Positions 49,735 through 61,830 of a stretch of DNA of 64,000 nt are shown here, in pieces. Source of the DNA: Okamejei kenojei (Eukaryota); the NCBI GenBank assembly GCA_035221665.1, contig CM069134.1, positions 25,730,001-25,794,000 on the forward strand, given 5' to 3'. Below the pieces are notes generated by a model, which searched no databases, had not been told where the DNA came from, and worked only from the letters and a program-made list of their open reading frames with translations. The translations under genes were made by a program, and so were the position numbers. The number at the start of each line of letters is the position of its first letter. Position 1 is the stretch's first letter.

Positions 49735-51130
49735 TAGAGATTCAGGATCAGTTCTTGTCAATTGGAGGGTAGATAATGTTATCCCACTTTTTAAAAAAAG
49801 GCAGGTGAGAGAGAAGACAGGGAATTATAGACAGTTAGCCTGACATCGGTGGTGGGGAAGATGCTGGAGTCAATTATAAAAGATGAAATAGCGGCACATT
49901 TGGATAGCAGTAGCAGGATCAGTCCGGGTCAGGTTACAAAGGGGAAATCATGCTTGACTAATCTTCTGGAATCTTTTGAGGATGTAACTAGGAAAATGGA
50001 CAAGGGAGAGCCAGTGGATGTAGTGTACCTGGACTTTCAGAAACCATTTGATAAAGTCACACATAGGAGATTAGTGGTCACAATTAGAGCACATGGTATT
50101 GGGAGTAGAGTGCTGACATGGATAGAAAATTGGTTGGCAGACAGGAAACAAAGAGTAGGGATTAACGGGTCTTTTCCAGAATGGCAGGCAAAGACTAGTG
50201 GGGTAGTGCAAGGCTCGGTGCTGGTTCCGCATCTATTTACAATATAGATCAATGATTTGGATGAAGGGATTCAAAGTAACATTAGCAAATTTGCAGGTGA
50301 CACAAAGCTGGGTTGCAGTGTGAACTGTGAAGAGGATGCTTTGAGGATGCAGGGTGACTTAGACAGGTTGTGTGAAATGGGCAGATTCATGGCAGATGCA
50401 GTTTAATGTGGATATATATATCCACTTTGGTGGCAAAAACAGGAAGGCAGATTATTATCGAAATGGTGCCAAATTGGGAAAAGGGGAAGTACAGTGGGAT
50501 CTGTGGGTTCTTTTTTTATCAGTCACTGAAAGTAAGCATGCAGGTACAACAGGCAGTGAAGAAAGCAAAGTTGGCCTTCATAACAAAAGGAGTTGAGTAT
50601 AGGAACAAAGAGGCCCTTCTGCAGTTGTACAGGGCCCTAGCATAGGTTCACCAGGTTAAATCCCAGGATGGTGGGACTGTCATATGTTGATAGAATGGAG
50701 CGGCTGGGCTTGTATGCTCTGGAATTTAGAAGGATGAGAGGAGATCTTATTGATACATATGATTATTATGGGTTTGGACACTCTAGATGCAAGAAACATG
50801 TTCCCGATGTTGGGGGAGTCCAGAACCAGGGGCCACAGTTTAAGAATAAGCAGTAAGCCATTTAGAACAGAGATGAGGAAAAACATTATCACACAGAGAG
50901 TTGTGAGTCTGTGGAATTCTCTGCCTCAGAAGGCGGTGGAGGCCGGTTCTCTGGATGCTTTCAAGAGAGAGTTCGATAGAACTCTTAAAGATAACGGAAT
51001 CAAGGGATACGGGGAGAAGGCAGGAACGGGGTACTGATTGTGGATGATCAGCCATGATCACATTGAATGCCGGTGCAGACTCGAAGGCCCAAATGGCCTA
51101 CTCCTGCACCTATTGTCTATTGTCTATTGT
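49735..51130 (+). mobile_element. CR1 LINE, RT to 3' end, degenerate
   Basis: PLFKK, NYR, YLDFQKPFDKV, QGSVL, SRTRGHSLRI, QRVVSLWNSLP; tail ggcctactcctgcacc plus (tattgtc)n. Confidence 0.92.
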
Positions 51131-51239
51131 CTAAGCCTTTATTTTCCTGCCCAATGGATCATCGGTTGTTTGTCTGCCATTTGCAACAATGTTCCACCAT
51201 CTCAAACATTGTTTCATCACCACATGTACATTTCTCTTC

Positions 51240-52265
51240 CCTCTCAGTGGTTCTCGGTATCACTCCCTTTGCAACTTCCTGGTCTGCTCTGTCCCCACCA
51301 ACCACTCACCTGTCTTACAGCACTGACCTATGAAACAGCAGGAGGTGTAACATCTGTTCTTCCATCTCTTCTCTTCCCATTGTTCAAGGACCAGGACGGT
51401 GTACCAGGTAAAGCAGTAATTGGCTTCCAATCTCGTGTACTGTGTTCAGTATTCACGCTGTGGCCTCCTATACATCAGAGAAATCAAATGCAGATGGGGT
51501 GATCCCATCTGCTGAGATCTTCAACCTCTCGCTACTAAGGTCCAAGGTCACGCACGCTTTAAAAGGACATCCATAATACCAGTGCCCAAGAAGAGCAAGG
51601 TGACAGGCCTCAATGACTACCGACCAGTGGCACCAACGTCCATGGTGATGGTGTCCTTTGAGAGGTTGGTTTTGATGCATATCAGCTCCTTAGCAAGGAT
51701 CTGGACCCACTACAATTCACCAACACTATCGACACAACAGATCAAAAGAGGGTGTGATCTTGCTGGCTCTGCACTCTGCACTGGACCACTTGGACAACAA
51801 GAACATGTATGCCAGCCTGTTTTTTATCAACTACGAGTTCAACATCACCGTCATCTCAAAACATATCATCAAACTCAGAGAACTGGGTCTCAGTTTGTTC
51901 CTTAGTAACTGGAACCTGGACTTCCTCATTGGCAGTCCACAATCAGTACAAAATGACAATATAACTTCCTCCTCCATGCCATCAATACAGCAACACTTCA
52001 AGGCTGTGTGTTCAGTCCCCCGCAGTACTCTCTCTATACACATGACTGTGTAGCCAGGCACAGTTCCAACACCATCTTTAAATTCGCCAATGATTGTTGG
52101 ACATATAATGGGTAACACTGAGACAGGGTACAGGAGGGAGACTGATAAGCTGATTGAATGTTGCCAGAACAACAATCTTGCTCTCAATATTAGCAAGAAC
52201 AAAATATTAATTGTTGACTTCAGAAGGGGAAAGTCAGGCATTCATGAATCTGTCTTCATCGAGGA
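51240..52265 (+). mobile_element. Old PLE GIY-YIG fragment (~51240-51505) followed by a Rex1/Babar RT fragment (~51505-52265)
   Basis: YCVQYSRCGLLYIRE (YIG-like); [46 protein letters not shown]. Confidence 0.75.
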
Positions 52266-53394
52266 GTCCAGGACAGATCTGTACCAGAGAGAGATAGTCT
52301 AAATCCTTTATTCTGACCAGCTGGCGGTCTCATCTCACAAACTCTATAAAGTAGATTGAATCTATTCACACTGCAGCTTGTATTCCAACTACTTGTTTTG
52401 TTTCACAGTTCTTATCGAACTTTCCTTCTAATTTGGACTGAACAAGACTCAAACATGCCTGGAGTCTTCTGCCCACGAGGAGCTTATCTTGTGGAGAGTG
52501 GTGGTGTTCTGTAACGTGGAAGAAATGCTGCAACTCTGTGTTTCTGACTGATGCTTGATTACTGATTGATACTGCTCCTTGTGGAAAATGTTGCGTGGAA
52601 AAGTTAGATCTTAATTCCTTGGTCCACAGCGCATATCAATTTGACTTACAATTCCTGAAATGTGGGCTGGGAATATTGCTGATCATCCACCACTCTTTTA
52701 AAGGTCACTTTTAAGATTTCTACAGAGCCAAATGGTCTCTAGTACCTGTAATTCACCATAATGTCACCATTCACTTCGGACCACTTTCACCAATACTCCG
52801 TATCATGTAGATTGTTTAACTCTTCTGTGCTCCACGTCTTGCTCGTCTATCCTAATGTTATGTGGATCTCCCTTCTGTGTGGTTATTTATTTCCGTTGGG
52901 ACATTGCTAGATTGCCATTATTTAGTTGGGTATATTCCAGTTGGAATTACGTACAGCCACTATATACCCTTGAGTTCTGCACTAAAGTAATGCATTTTTG
53001 CTGAATTTTTCTCATTGCGATGGTTGTAGTTACCTCACAGATCTGGCATTGACATATTGATATGCGCAAGACTCAGACTTCATATCAGATGTCTTATCAT
53101 TGCTCCTGTCGTTAGCTTACCAATGTTAGTACTAAGGTAACGTATGAGGCCAGATTCATTTTTAGAGGCCATTTCCTTATTTAACTGTTTGTACATTAAC
53201 TCCTATGTGTTTAGTAACTTGGAATTGGTATGCTGATTATTTATTGCACCATTTATGAATGCACGCACTGAAGTTGCAATGCTGCAACAAATATTTCCGA
53301 ATAATTATGAAATTGGTTATCTTTCCTGACCTTTGATTTGTGTTCTAAACAATGGCCTTCATTTCTGACAAAATAAAAGTGAATTTAATGTATT

Positions 53395-53700
53395 TAGCCT
53401 AGTTTAAAGATACTATGCAGTAACAGGCCCTTCAGTTCACCGAGTTGGTGCTGACCAGCGATCCCCTTACACCAGCACCATCCTACACTGTAGGGACAAT
53501 TTACATCGTTTACTGAAACCAATTAACCTACAAAGCTGTTTGTCCTTGGACTATGAGAGAAATCTGAGCACTCAGAGAAAACCAACGCAGTCATGGAGAG
53601 AACGTATAAACTCCGTACAGACAGCACCCATAGTCAGGATCGAACCGGGTCTCGGGTGCTGTCAGGCAGCAACTTTACTGCTGCGCAACCATGCCGCCCC
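53395..53700 (-). mobile_element. HE1-type SINE, near full length
   Basis: Reverse tRNA head ggggcggcatggttgcgcagcag and B box ggttcgatcc. Confidence 0.8.
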
Positions 53701-54795
53701 TAAAAATATTGATATTAATACATAAAAAAGCCAGCTACATGAACCTCATTAGAAGGTTAAAGAAGGTTAAACAAAGTGAAAACAGAGGGCCCAGAAGTTA
53801 CAAAGTTGAAACAGGTTGATGCATAGCTTTTACTGATCCTTAAAAAAAAAATTCTAATTATGATGATAATAACTCTCCCTCACCCTTTTCATGAGGTTCA
53901 TGAAGTTGCCATAAGTGTGCATTCATAATAAATTAAATCTGTCACGGAAATACAAGGTTTATAATGTTACAGTTTCATTACTATTTTGCTCAAGATTTCT
54001 ACAAAACCAACTAACATTTCTAGCACAGACACTTAGACTAGAGCCTCAATCTTACAAAATCCTATTTTGTTTTCATTGTTAAATATAATTTATTGATTTC
54101 TTCCTTTTGTTTTCCTCTGGTCCATTCATTCTGATTGAATTAATTCACCCTTCTCCAACGTTCATCTCTCCAGCTTCTCCTATGTTTTTTTTTCCTCAAT
54201 CCTTAAATATTGCTGACTGAAGCACACTGTTGGTTGTGCTATTTACAAGGGGGGATCCATCCATTGCTCCTATTGTGGAAGAATCAGCTCAAATCTTCAG
54301 CAATTAGATGGCAAAAAACAAATGAAGATTGAGTGAATAACTCTAGCTAATAGGATACACCATGTGATGCCAGCTGCGGCAAAATCAATGCCCCTGTAAT
54401 GTGGATTAAAAAATAATATATTTAACGAACAGTGATTATCCGGCCCTTCCATTTCTAAGCTTTTGTACAGCTTTTAAAAAATATTAATTAACAATGACAA
54501 TTTTTTTTTTCATTTAATTGCTTAAGTTAATACTTGCTGAATCCTTAGTTGAAGAATGATTGCAAAGTACATTGGATTTGGAAACTGTTATTAACTTTTA
54601 TCAAATTAAAAAAATTTGGAATAAAGTTTAAAAAAAAACTTGGGATACAAGTTAGATCTGCGGAGAGAGTAAAAATATTAACATTTAGCTCATACTTCAT
54701 CAGAGCTTTCTTTCTCTACTGGTTCCGCAAGATTTAACGAGCATTTGCAATCATTTTTGTTTCTGTTTCAAGTGTAGAACTCTTGCAGTAGCTGG

Positions 54796-54881
54796 CTTTT
54801 GGATGGTGGTAATTGAAAATCTTGACAATAAACTCTTTTGACTTTGACTTTGACTTTTGGATGGTGGTAATTGAAAATCTT
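54796..54881 (+). repeat. 28-bp direct repeat flanking a 30-nt retro-tail insert
   Basis: cttttggatggtggtaattgaaaatctt at 54796-54823 and 54854-54881 around gacaataaactcttttgactttgactttga. Confidence 0.85.
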
Positions 54882-55959
54882 TTCAAAAGGACAACCTTTG
54901 AATTGGCTGTCAAACCTTAAGAGGTTTTATGTTCAAGTCTTTGAGCTGTTTGTAGCTCCAAAATATATCTTGGTTTGATGTGTTTGTTGGTTCTTGAATG
55001 GGTATCCAGGTGGGGATCAAAAACAGAGCATTCTTATGCTACCCCACTCGAGTTGCGTTTCTGCTGACTCATCATGGACTAATATCAGTAGTGATTTGTG
55101 GCACAACATTCTTTCAGTGTCTGAAAGAACCTTTGTTTTTAGGTTTGCCTGAAGTAGTGACAGTATAAGAAGAATGGAGTTGATGACTTCATTGATTTAT
55201 CTGCAAAGAAACCATTCACAAAAGATTGTATTGTAAAACTCCTCAAAAGGACCCACATTAAAACGCTCTTGCTCACTAACCTCCTCTGTTCCATAGAGCT
55301 TAGTATATTTAGAAATCCCTTTATGTGGTATCTATTGTAAATTGCAAAGGAAATGTTTGTTAACAATAGATTCTGTCAACGAATGATGAGCTCTATTTAC
55401 AAATACTTTTCCTATCCCTGTGGCTTTGTTTTTCTTACACCATAAAAGGAGAGTATCGTGCATTGGTATTGTCCAGTTCTCCCTTCGTTCATTTGATGGG
55501 CAGAGTCTAGGTTTCTGTGAGACAACACCTGGTGAAACTGCGCCCATTTATTAGCGAAATTTATTTCTGTCTCACCCACTAACCTTTCACTTACACCATA
55601 AATGATAGGACACCCTGCTTCATAGGGCTAATCAGGGCAAAGAGACATAAATGAACGTTGAGTACTGCACAGATAGCCAACTACTCTCGTAAGGAAACAG
55701 CCAAGGGGCTTTTGGAATGAGATTTTATAAATCTGGAAAGTGGTGAAAATATGCAGGTTGAGAAAATTTCAGCCATGTCATGCGGGCATGAGGAAATGGA
55801 AAGATGACTGGAACATTTCCAGGACAGAAGGGAGTGTAGAGCGTGGGAAACAAAGAAGGCACGCCACAACTTCCAGTTGTACATGTTGACCAAGGTGTTT
55901 GAAAAGTTGACCCTCCATCAGAGAGTCATACAGTGTGGAAACACCCTACTGCACTTCAA

Positions 55960-56348
55960 AAAATAGAGTCCTGGTCTGCTCAACCTCTCCCTGTAACTCA
56001 GACCATCAAGTCCTGGCAACATCCTCGTAAATCTTCTTTGTACCCTTTCCAACTTGACAACATCTTTCTTGTAACATGGTACCTAGAACTGAACACAATA
56101 CTCTAAATGCAGCCTCGTCAATGTCTTATATAACTGCAACATGACCTCAATACTCCGATGAAGGCCAATGTGCCAAAAGCCTTTTTAACCACCCTATCTA
56201 CCTGTGACACTACCTTCAAGGAACTATGTTCCTGCACTCTCAGATCCCTCTGCTCTACAACACTCACCAGAGGCCTACTATTCACTGCATAAGTCCTGCC
56301 CATGTCAAACTTTCCAAAATGCAACATCTCACATTTCTCTGTATTAGA
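55960..56348 (-). mobile_element. CR1 RT C-terminal fragment
   Basis: LHFGK...QVDRVVKKAFGTLAFI; similar to ~30690-31090. Confidence 0.85.
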
Positions 56349-56359
56349 ATTTACACTGT

Positions 56360-57540
56360 GTGTGAAGGAACTGCAGATGTTGGTTTAAACCAGAGATAGA
56401 CACAAAATGCTGGAGTAACTCAGCGGGTCAGGCAGCATCTCTGGAGAGAAGGAATGGGTGACGTTTTGGGTCGAGACCCTTCTTCACTTTTTTCACTTCA
56501 CCTCCTAATTTCATACAACAGTGTGCTATGTTGTAAAGCGAACTGTTCTGTCATGAACATAGAAAGGAAAGTTACTATTTTCCATACATTTTATAAACAC
56601 AATGGCAACAAATTGTATTTATTTGGAAGATGGACACAAAATGCTGGAGTAACTTATCGGAACAGGCAGCATCTCTGGAGAAAAGAATGGGTGACGTTTC
56701 GGGTTGAACCCCCTCAGACTGAGAGGCAGGGGAGAAGGAGACTAGAGATATGGAAGGATAAGGTGAAAATGACAGATCAAAGCAGACGATGATCAAGGAA
56801 ATGTTGAATGGTTCATTGTTAGTTGAGGGGAAGGTGACGACGAAGCATAAAATCAGTAAAATATCAGTAAAATTAATCAGGAGGACAGTGAAACTAGTCG
56901 GATAATTAGGGTGGGAGAAGGACAGAGAGAGAGGGAAAGCAAATGTTACTTCAAGTTAGTGAAATTAATATTCATACCGCTGGGTTGTAAACTGCCCAAG
57001 CAAAATATGAAGTACTGTTCCTCCAATTTGCATGGAGCCTCTCTCTGACAATGGAGGAGGCCCAGGACAGAAATGTCAGTGTGCGAATGGAAGAGGGAGT
57101 CAAAGTGTTTAGCAACCGTGAGATTGCGTAGACCTAGGCGACTGAGCAAAGGAAATGATTGCCGAAGCTGCACTTGGTCTCGCCGATATATAGGGAGTCC
57201 ACACCTGGAACAGCGGATACAGTAGATGAAGTTGGAGGAGGTGCAAGTAAACCGCTGCCTAACCTGAAAGGACTATCGAGGTCCTTGGACGGAGTCGAGG
57301 GAGGAGGTATAGGGACAGGTGTTGCATCTCCTGCGGTTGTAGGGGAAAGTACCTGGGGAGGGATTGGTTTGGGTGGGAAGGGATGAATTAACCAGAGAGT
57401 TGGTAAGGCAACGGTCTCTGCAGAAAGTGGAAAGTGGTGGAGATGGGAAGATGTGGCTAGTGGTGGGATCCCATTGGAGGTGGTGAAAATGTCAGAGGAT
57501 TATGTGCTCTATGTGACTGCTGAGGCGGGTGAAAGGTATT
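56360..57540 (-). mobile_element. Penelope-like element: GIY-YIG region, 3' UTR and hammerhead terminus (~56625-57540), plus a second same-orientation terminus (~56360-56488)
   Basis: Minus strand QVRQRFTCTSSNFIYCIRCSRCG...YIGETK, VAKHFDS..HSHTDISVLGLLHC..KLEEQYFIFCLGSLQPSGMNINF; downstream CTGAGGgggttcaacccGAAACGTC. Confidence 0.85.
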
Positions 57541-57639
57541 TGTATGGCATCTTTAACATGGCATAACATCTACGTCAGTACACGTGACAATAAACTAAAC
57601 TAAACTAAAATATTTGAGACTGATCCACACATTCGGGTA

Positions 57640-58020
57640 GAAGACTATAAGCTTAGCCAATGAGGTAGTTTTCAACATTACCTTGAATGAGGAAAGAGAG
57701 CACGACAGATTCAGCAAAAAAAATCCAGTGGCTCAGTCCTTTAGAGCTAAACGTATAGTTGTTAATGGTGAGGTGATTAAAGTTTGGAATGAAAAGGTCA
57801 AGATTGGAGAACGTTATGGAACTTGGAAGTGGTGGGACCTACAAGAGATTTGAACAGGTAGAAGACAGAGATATTACATAATTAAATGCCATGACAGCGC
57901 AGTTAGCACTGAGCTGGCGAATTGACTGCACTGGTTGTGAGTTTGGACATGGCCTGACAGTTTTGGATGCCTTGAAGTTTATAAGGGGCAGAAGGGGAGG
58001 GTTGCTAAGTGCATTAGTCA
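57640..58020 (-). mobile_element. Old L2-like fragment
   Basis: gttttcaacattaccttgaatgagg...aatccag and gagttt...gatgccttgaagttt resemble L2 3' coding region; heavily diverged. Confidence 0.4.
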
Positions 58021-58434
58021 ATTATATTTGAGTGATACGTGAGTTGAGGTATTTATTGTTCTTTCCCATTCAGACACATATTCCAAAATAGTTCTTGCAC
58101 AAACATTGGTCTAAACAGCTTTCTCACTCAACGTAATACTGTTTTAAGTAATCTATTGAGGACTGGATTCCACAGAAGGAAATGCTCAGTTCTTTTAATG
58201 GCTCACAGCTTTAAAGGTTATATTAATTCCAATTAGTACAACAATCCCGAATTTTAACTTTACTTAGAATGAATGGATATCTATTTAATATAATTAGTTG
58301 AGGTGTATTCCAAATTATATATTAATTATAAGATCTGTGGCTTTTAAGAAATTAATGAGAAAAAACGTGACTGGCATTATATGAACCTTGAAACTGCCCG
58401 TGAAACTTAAAGAGATTTGCTTGTGCTTCCTCAG

Positions 58435-58523
58435 GCAGCTTTAAATGCCCTGAAACAGCTGTCTGAACGGGGACTTGACCCAGTGGAAGGTGCAATCAAG
58501 ATAGAAAATGGATCCATTGAAAT
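58435..58523 (+). CDS. STAU2: Staufen homolog 2 exon (dsRBD5 final helix and start of C-terminal tail)
   Basis: Acceptor ttgtgcttcctcag|GCA and donor GAAAT|gtaagt; 89 nt. Translation AALNALKQLSERGLDPVEGAIKIENGSIE resembles recalled STAU2 AALSALKQFSEQGLDPIDGAMNIEKGSLE; in frame with the 1168-1281 exon. Confidence 0.93.
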
Positions 58524-59189
58524 GTAAGTACATTAAATCTCAGTTACACCCTTCTTTTTTTGGACAGAATAAGGCTATAAAAAATAGATAATATAAACAT
58601 GGGATGCAGATCGATTAAACTATATGAATGCAGCCTAATTAGAAGTGAATTTAGATAACTAAGTACTTAGCAGATTCAATCTGTACAATTATATGATAGC
58701 ACTAAACAAACCTTGCAGTTTCTCAGATAGTACTTTGATGATGGTGTTGGTGTCAGCTGTGTTTCATTCAATTGCATCCTTTGCCTAAGTCAGAAGGTGA
58801 AGACTCTTAAAAACAAAAATCACTATTAGCAGTCGCGGCTTAATCTGCTGAGGTCCTTTCCTCTGAAATTGCTGCAACTAATCTTTCCATTTCCCAATCT
58901 GTACAATAACCCCTAAAACCTTATCCTCTGGCCAAGCTTGTGGTTATCCTGTGTCAAAATATGACTTTGTGTAGCTCAGTGAATATGAACACAGAAATTC
59001 TAAACTTTAACTGGAATCATACCACGGCTCCAACTCAATTGCATTCTGATATTGGGCTCATCATAGGGGTTCCCAGCACTGATCTTGTGTAAGTTTAGCA
59101 ACGCTCGTCTTGGAGAGAACCAACTCCAAGGGACTCTGGTATGTTCCCAGTAATAATCTATTTTTATGGTATTATTTTTAAATGTTTTA

Positions 59190-60158
59190 TAGTCTAAAGA
59201 AGGGTCCCAACCAAAAAATATCACCTGCCCAGGTTTTCCAGAGATGCTGCCCGGCCCGCTGAGTTACTCCAGTACTTGTGTTCTTTTGTATAAACCAGCA
59301 TCTGCAGATCCTTGTTTGTACGTCCAGGCTTTATGTCTTTTTATTTAAAAATTACACTTTTAATAAATCCACTCTTTAATGGTTTTTGAACACTTTTTCA
59401 GTGTTTGAATATGTCATTCACAGATATGCGGAGACTTGCGTCAGTTCCGACAGTCAGTTAACCTGGGCAGGTGGTTCAGGCACTGTCAAAGCACATCTGG
59501 GGTGCATTTGCCAATTTCAACAAAAAAAAAACCCAAGCACAATGGGGCAGGAGCTAGTTTAGGACCAAATTGATACTGCTGGTATCGCTAGTGAGGGAAA
59601 CATGCACAGCTTGCTGCTTTCTGTGGCCGCCTGGCCTTGTGTTGGACTATTCTGGAGAAGAGTCTCGACCCGAAACGTCACCTATTCCATTTCTCCAGAG
59701 ATGCTGTCTGACCTGTTGAGTTACTCCAGCTTTTTGTGTCTATATTTGGATTACTCTCAAGTGGATATGAGTAATCCCATGGTAGTATTCCAAAGAAAAG
59801 CAGTGGCATTTTCTCTGGTGTCCTCGCAATATTCATCCCTCATTAGCATCAACAAAAACAAATCGTATGGTCATCTGTACATTGCTTTATTTGGCATATC
59901 TGTGCGCAACCTGTCTACCATTTTTCATGCAACTCTGGCTGCACTTCATAAAATGCCTCATTGTCATTTTGAGACATCTGAGGTCGTGAAGTTCAGCACG
60001 GATCAGACTGGAGGATAGCTAGTTTATTTAAGATCGGCAATAGTGATAAGCCTGGATTAGTCTGAAGAAGGAGCTCAACCCGAATCGTCATCCATTCCTT
60101 CTCTCCAGAGAAGATGCCTGTCCCGCTGAGTTATTCCAGCTTTTTGTATCGATCTTCA
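59190..60158 (+). mobile_element. Three separate PLE termini (~59190-59320, ~59645-59745, ~60057-60158) with mutated hammerhead cores
   Basis: CTAAAGA...AAAAA, CTGGAGA...GAAACGTC and CTGAAGA...GAATCGTC, each followed by the shared tail. Confidence 0.7.
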
Positions 60159-60159
60159 A

Positions 60160-61830
60160 GGATAGGCCAGGTAACTACAGGCTGGTTAGCCTTATTCAGT
60201 GGTAGGGGCATTTTTGTACAAAATCCTTTGGGACTAGATTTATGTATATTTCGAAAGATGGATTGATCAGGACGATAGCTTTGTGCTTGGGTAAATCCTG
60301 CCTCCCTAATTTGATTGAGTTTTTTGAGGGAGTAACTAAGAAGATTGATGAGGGCAGGATTGTAGATTTTATAGTATGACTATAGTAAGGCATTTGTGAT
60401 GGTCCTGCATGATAGGCTTGTTCAGAAGGGTTTGGCATATGAATCCGAGGTGACTAACTTGCATCCAATATAGTGATTGAAGACTGAAAGTAGTGGTAGA
60501 AAGACGATTTTCTGATTGGAAATCTGTGACCAGTGGCATACATCAGGGATCAGTGCTGTGATCCTTGTTTATGATGCATATTAAGGACCTGGATGTGAAG
60601 ATAGGAGGAATAATTAAGTTTGCTGATGACGCAAAAGTGGGTGAAGTTGTGGATAGCAAAGAGAGTTGTCTAATGCTACAGCAGGTTATAGATTAAATGG
60701 AAAGCATGGTGAAGCATAGGCAGATTGAATTTAATCCTGACTAGTTAGTGCACATGACTCACTTTGAGAAGTCAAATAGGAGTAGAAAATATGCAGTAAA
60801 TGGTGGGATGCTAAGAAATGCTTACAAGCAGAGGGGTCTTGGGGTTCAACTCTGTAGTTCCTTGAAAGTGGCACCATAGATAGGATTGTGAAGAAGGCAT
60901 ATGGCTTGCTTGGTTTCATAGATCAGGCCATAGAATGTAAAAGTTCTTAAGTGTTTAAGAAGGAACTGCAGATGCTGGAAAATCAAAGGTAGACAAAAGT
61001 GCTGGAGTAACTCAGCAGGTGCAGCAGCATCTATGGAGCAAAGGAGATAGGCAACGTTTCGGGCCGAACCCCTTCTTCAGACCGATGCAGGGTTGGGGGG
61101 GGGGGAGGGGCGAGAAGAAGAAAGGAAGAGGAGGAGCCAGAGGGAAGAGGGAGAGCTGAGAAGGGGAGGAGACAGCAAGGGCTACCGGAAATTGGAGAAG
61201 TCAATGTTCAGGCTATTGGGATGCAGATTGCCCAAGCGGAATATGAGGTGCTGCTCCTCCAATTTATCATGGTGCTCACTCTGACAACGGAGGAGGACCA
61301 GGACAGATCACCAGGTTGCAACTTTATGAAACATTGATTCGACCGCATGCGGAGTATTGTGTGTAATTCTGATCACCATTCTATAGGAAGTATTTTGTTG
61401 CATTGAAGTGAGTGCAGAGGAGATTCACCAGGCCATTGCTTGGATTAGAGGAGTTCCATTATGGAGAGAGATTAGATAGACTGGATGTGATTACCCGGAA
61501 GTGAAGGCGGCTGGAGAGGTATAAAACGATGTAGGAAACACAGATAGGGTTGATGGTCAGAACTATTTTCCCATAGTAGGGACAACAAAAACAAGAGGGT
61601 GTGGATTTAAAGCGAAATGAAGAGATTTGATGAGAAATGTGTTTGTACAGAGAGCTTCATACCTGGGATTCACTGCCAGAGGAGTTGGTGGTCAGAGACA
61701 ATCACCACCTATGAGAAGTAGAAGGATATGGATCTAATTGTAAGTGTATGGGAGTAATGTAGAAGGTCAAAAAGGTCAGTGTGGACACAGTGGGCAGAAA
61801 GGTTTATATCTGTACTGTACAACTCTACTA
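60160..61830 (+). mobile_element. Old CR1 RT fragment split by a PLE insertion
   Basis: aactacaggctggttagcctt (NYR.VSL), gagttttttgag, cagggatcagtgctg, aagtttgctgatgac; resumes at ~61310 with gttgcaactttatgaaacattg. Confidence 0.7.
60950..61308 (-). mobile_element. PLE 3' end with GIY-YIG C-terminus and hammerhead core
   Basis: Minus strand KLEEQHLIFRLGNLHPNSLNIDFSNFR; reverse CTGAAGAaggggttcggcccGAAACGTT. Confidence 0.8.

Larger units (their letters stand above)
1282..58434 (+). other. STAU2: ~57-kb GT-AG phase-0 intron of STAU2 (may hide alternative exons)
   Basis: Bounded by gtaaat and cctcag; the two exons join in frame as ...SRDQ|AALN... Confidence 0.85.

Noticed and set aside
52330-53160. 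Possible old LTR/Gypsy-like remnant; similar impression at 63400-64000
   Set aside because: No convincing motif could be read manually; needs a profile search.
4262-61308. Recurrent ~30-nt motif suggesting a CRISPR-like array
   Set aside because: Copies are dispersed, in both orientations and irregularly spaced in eukaryotic DNA; they are PLE termini.
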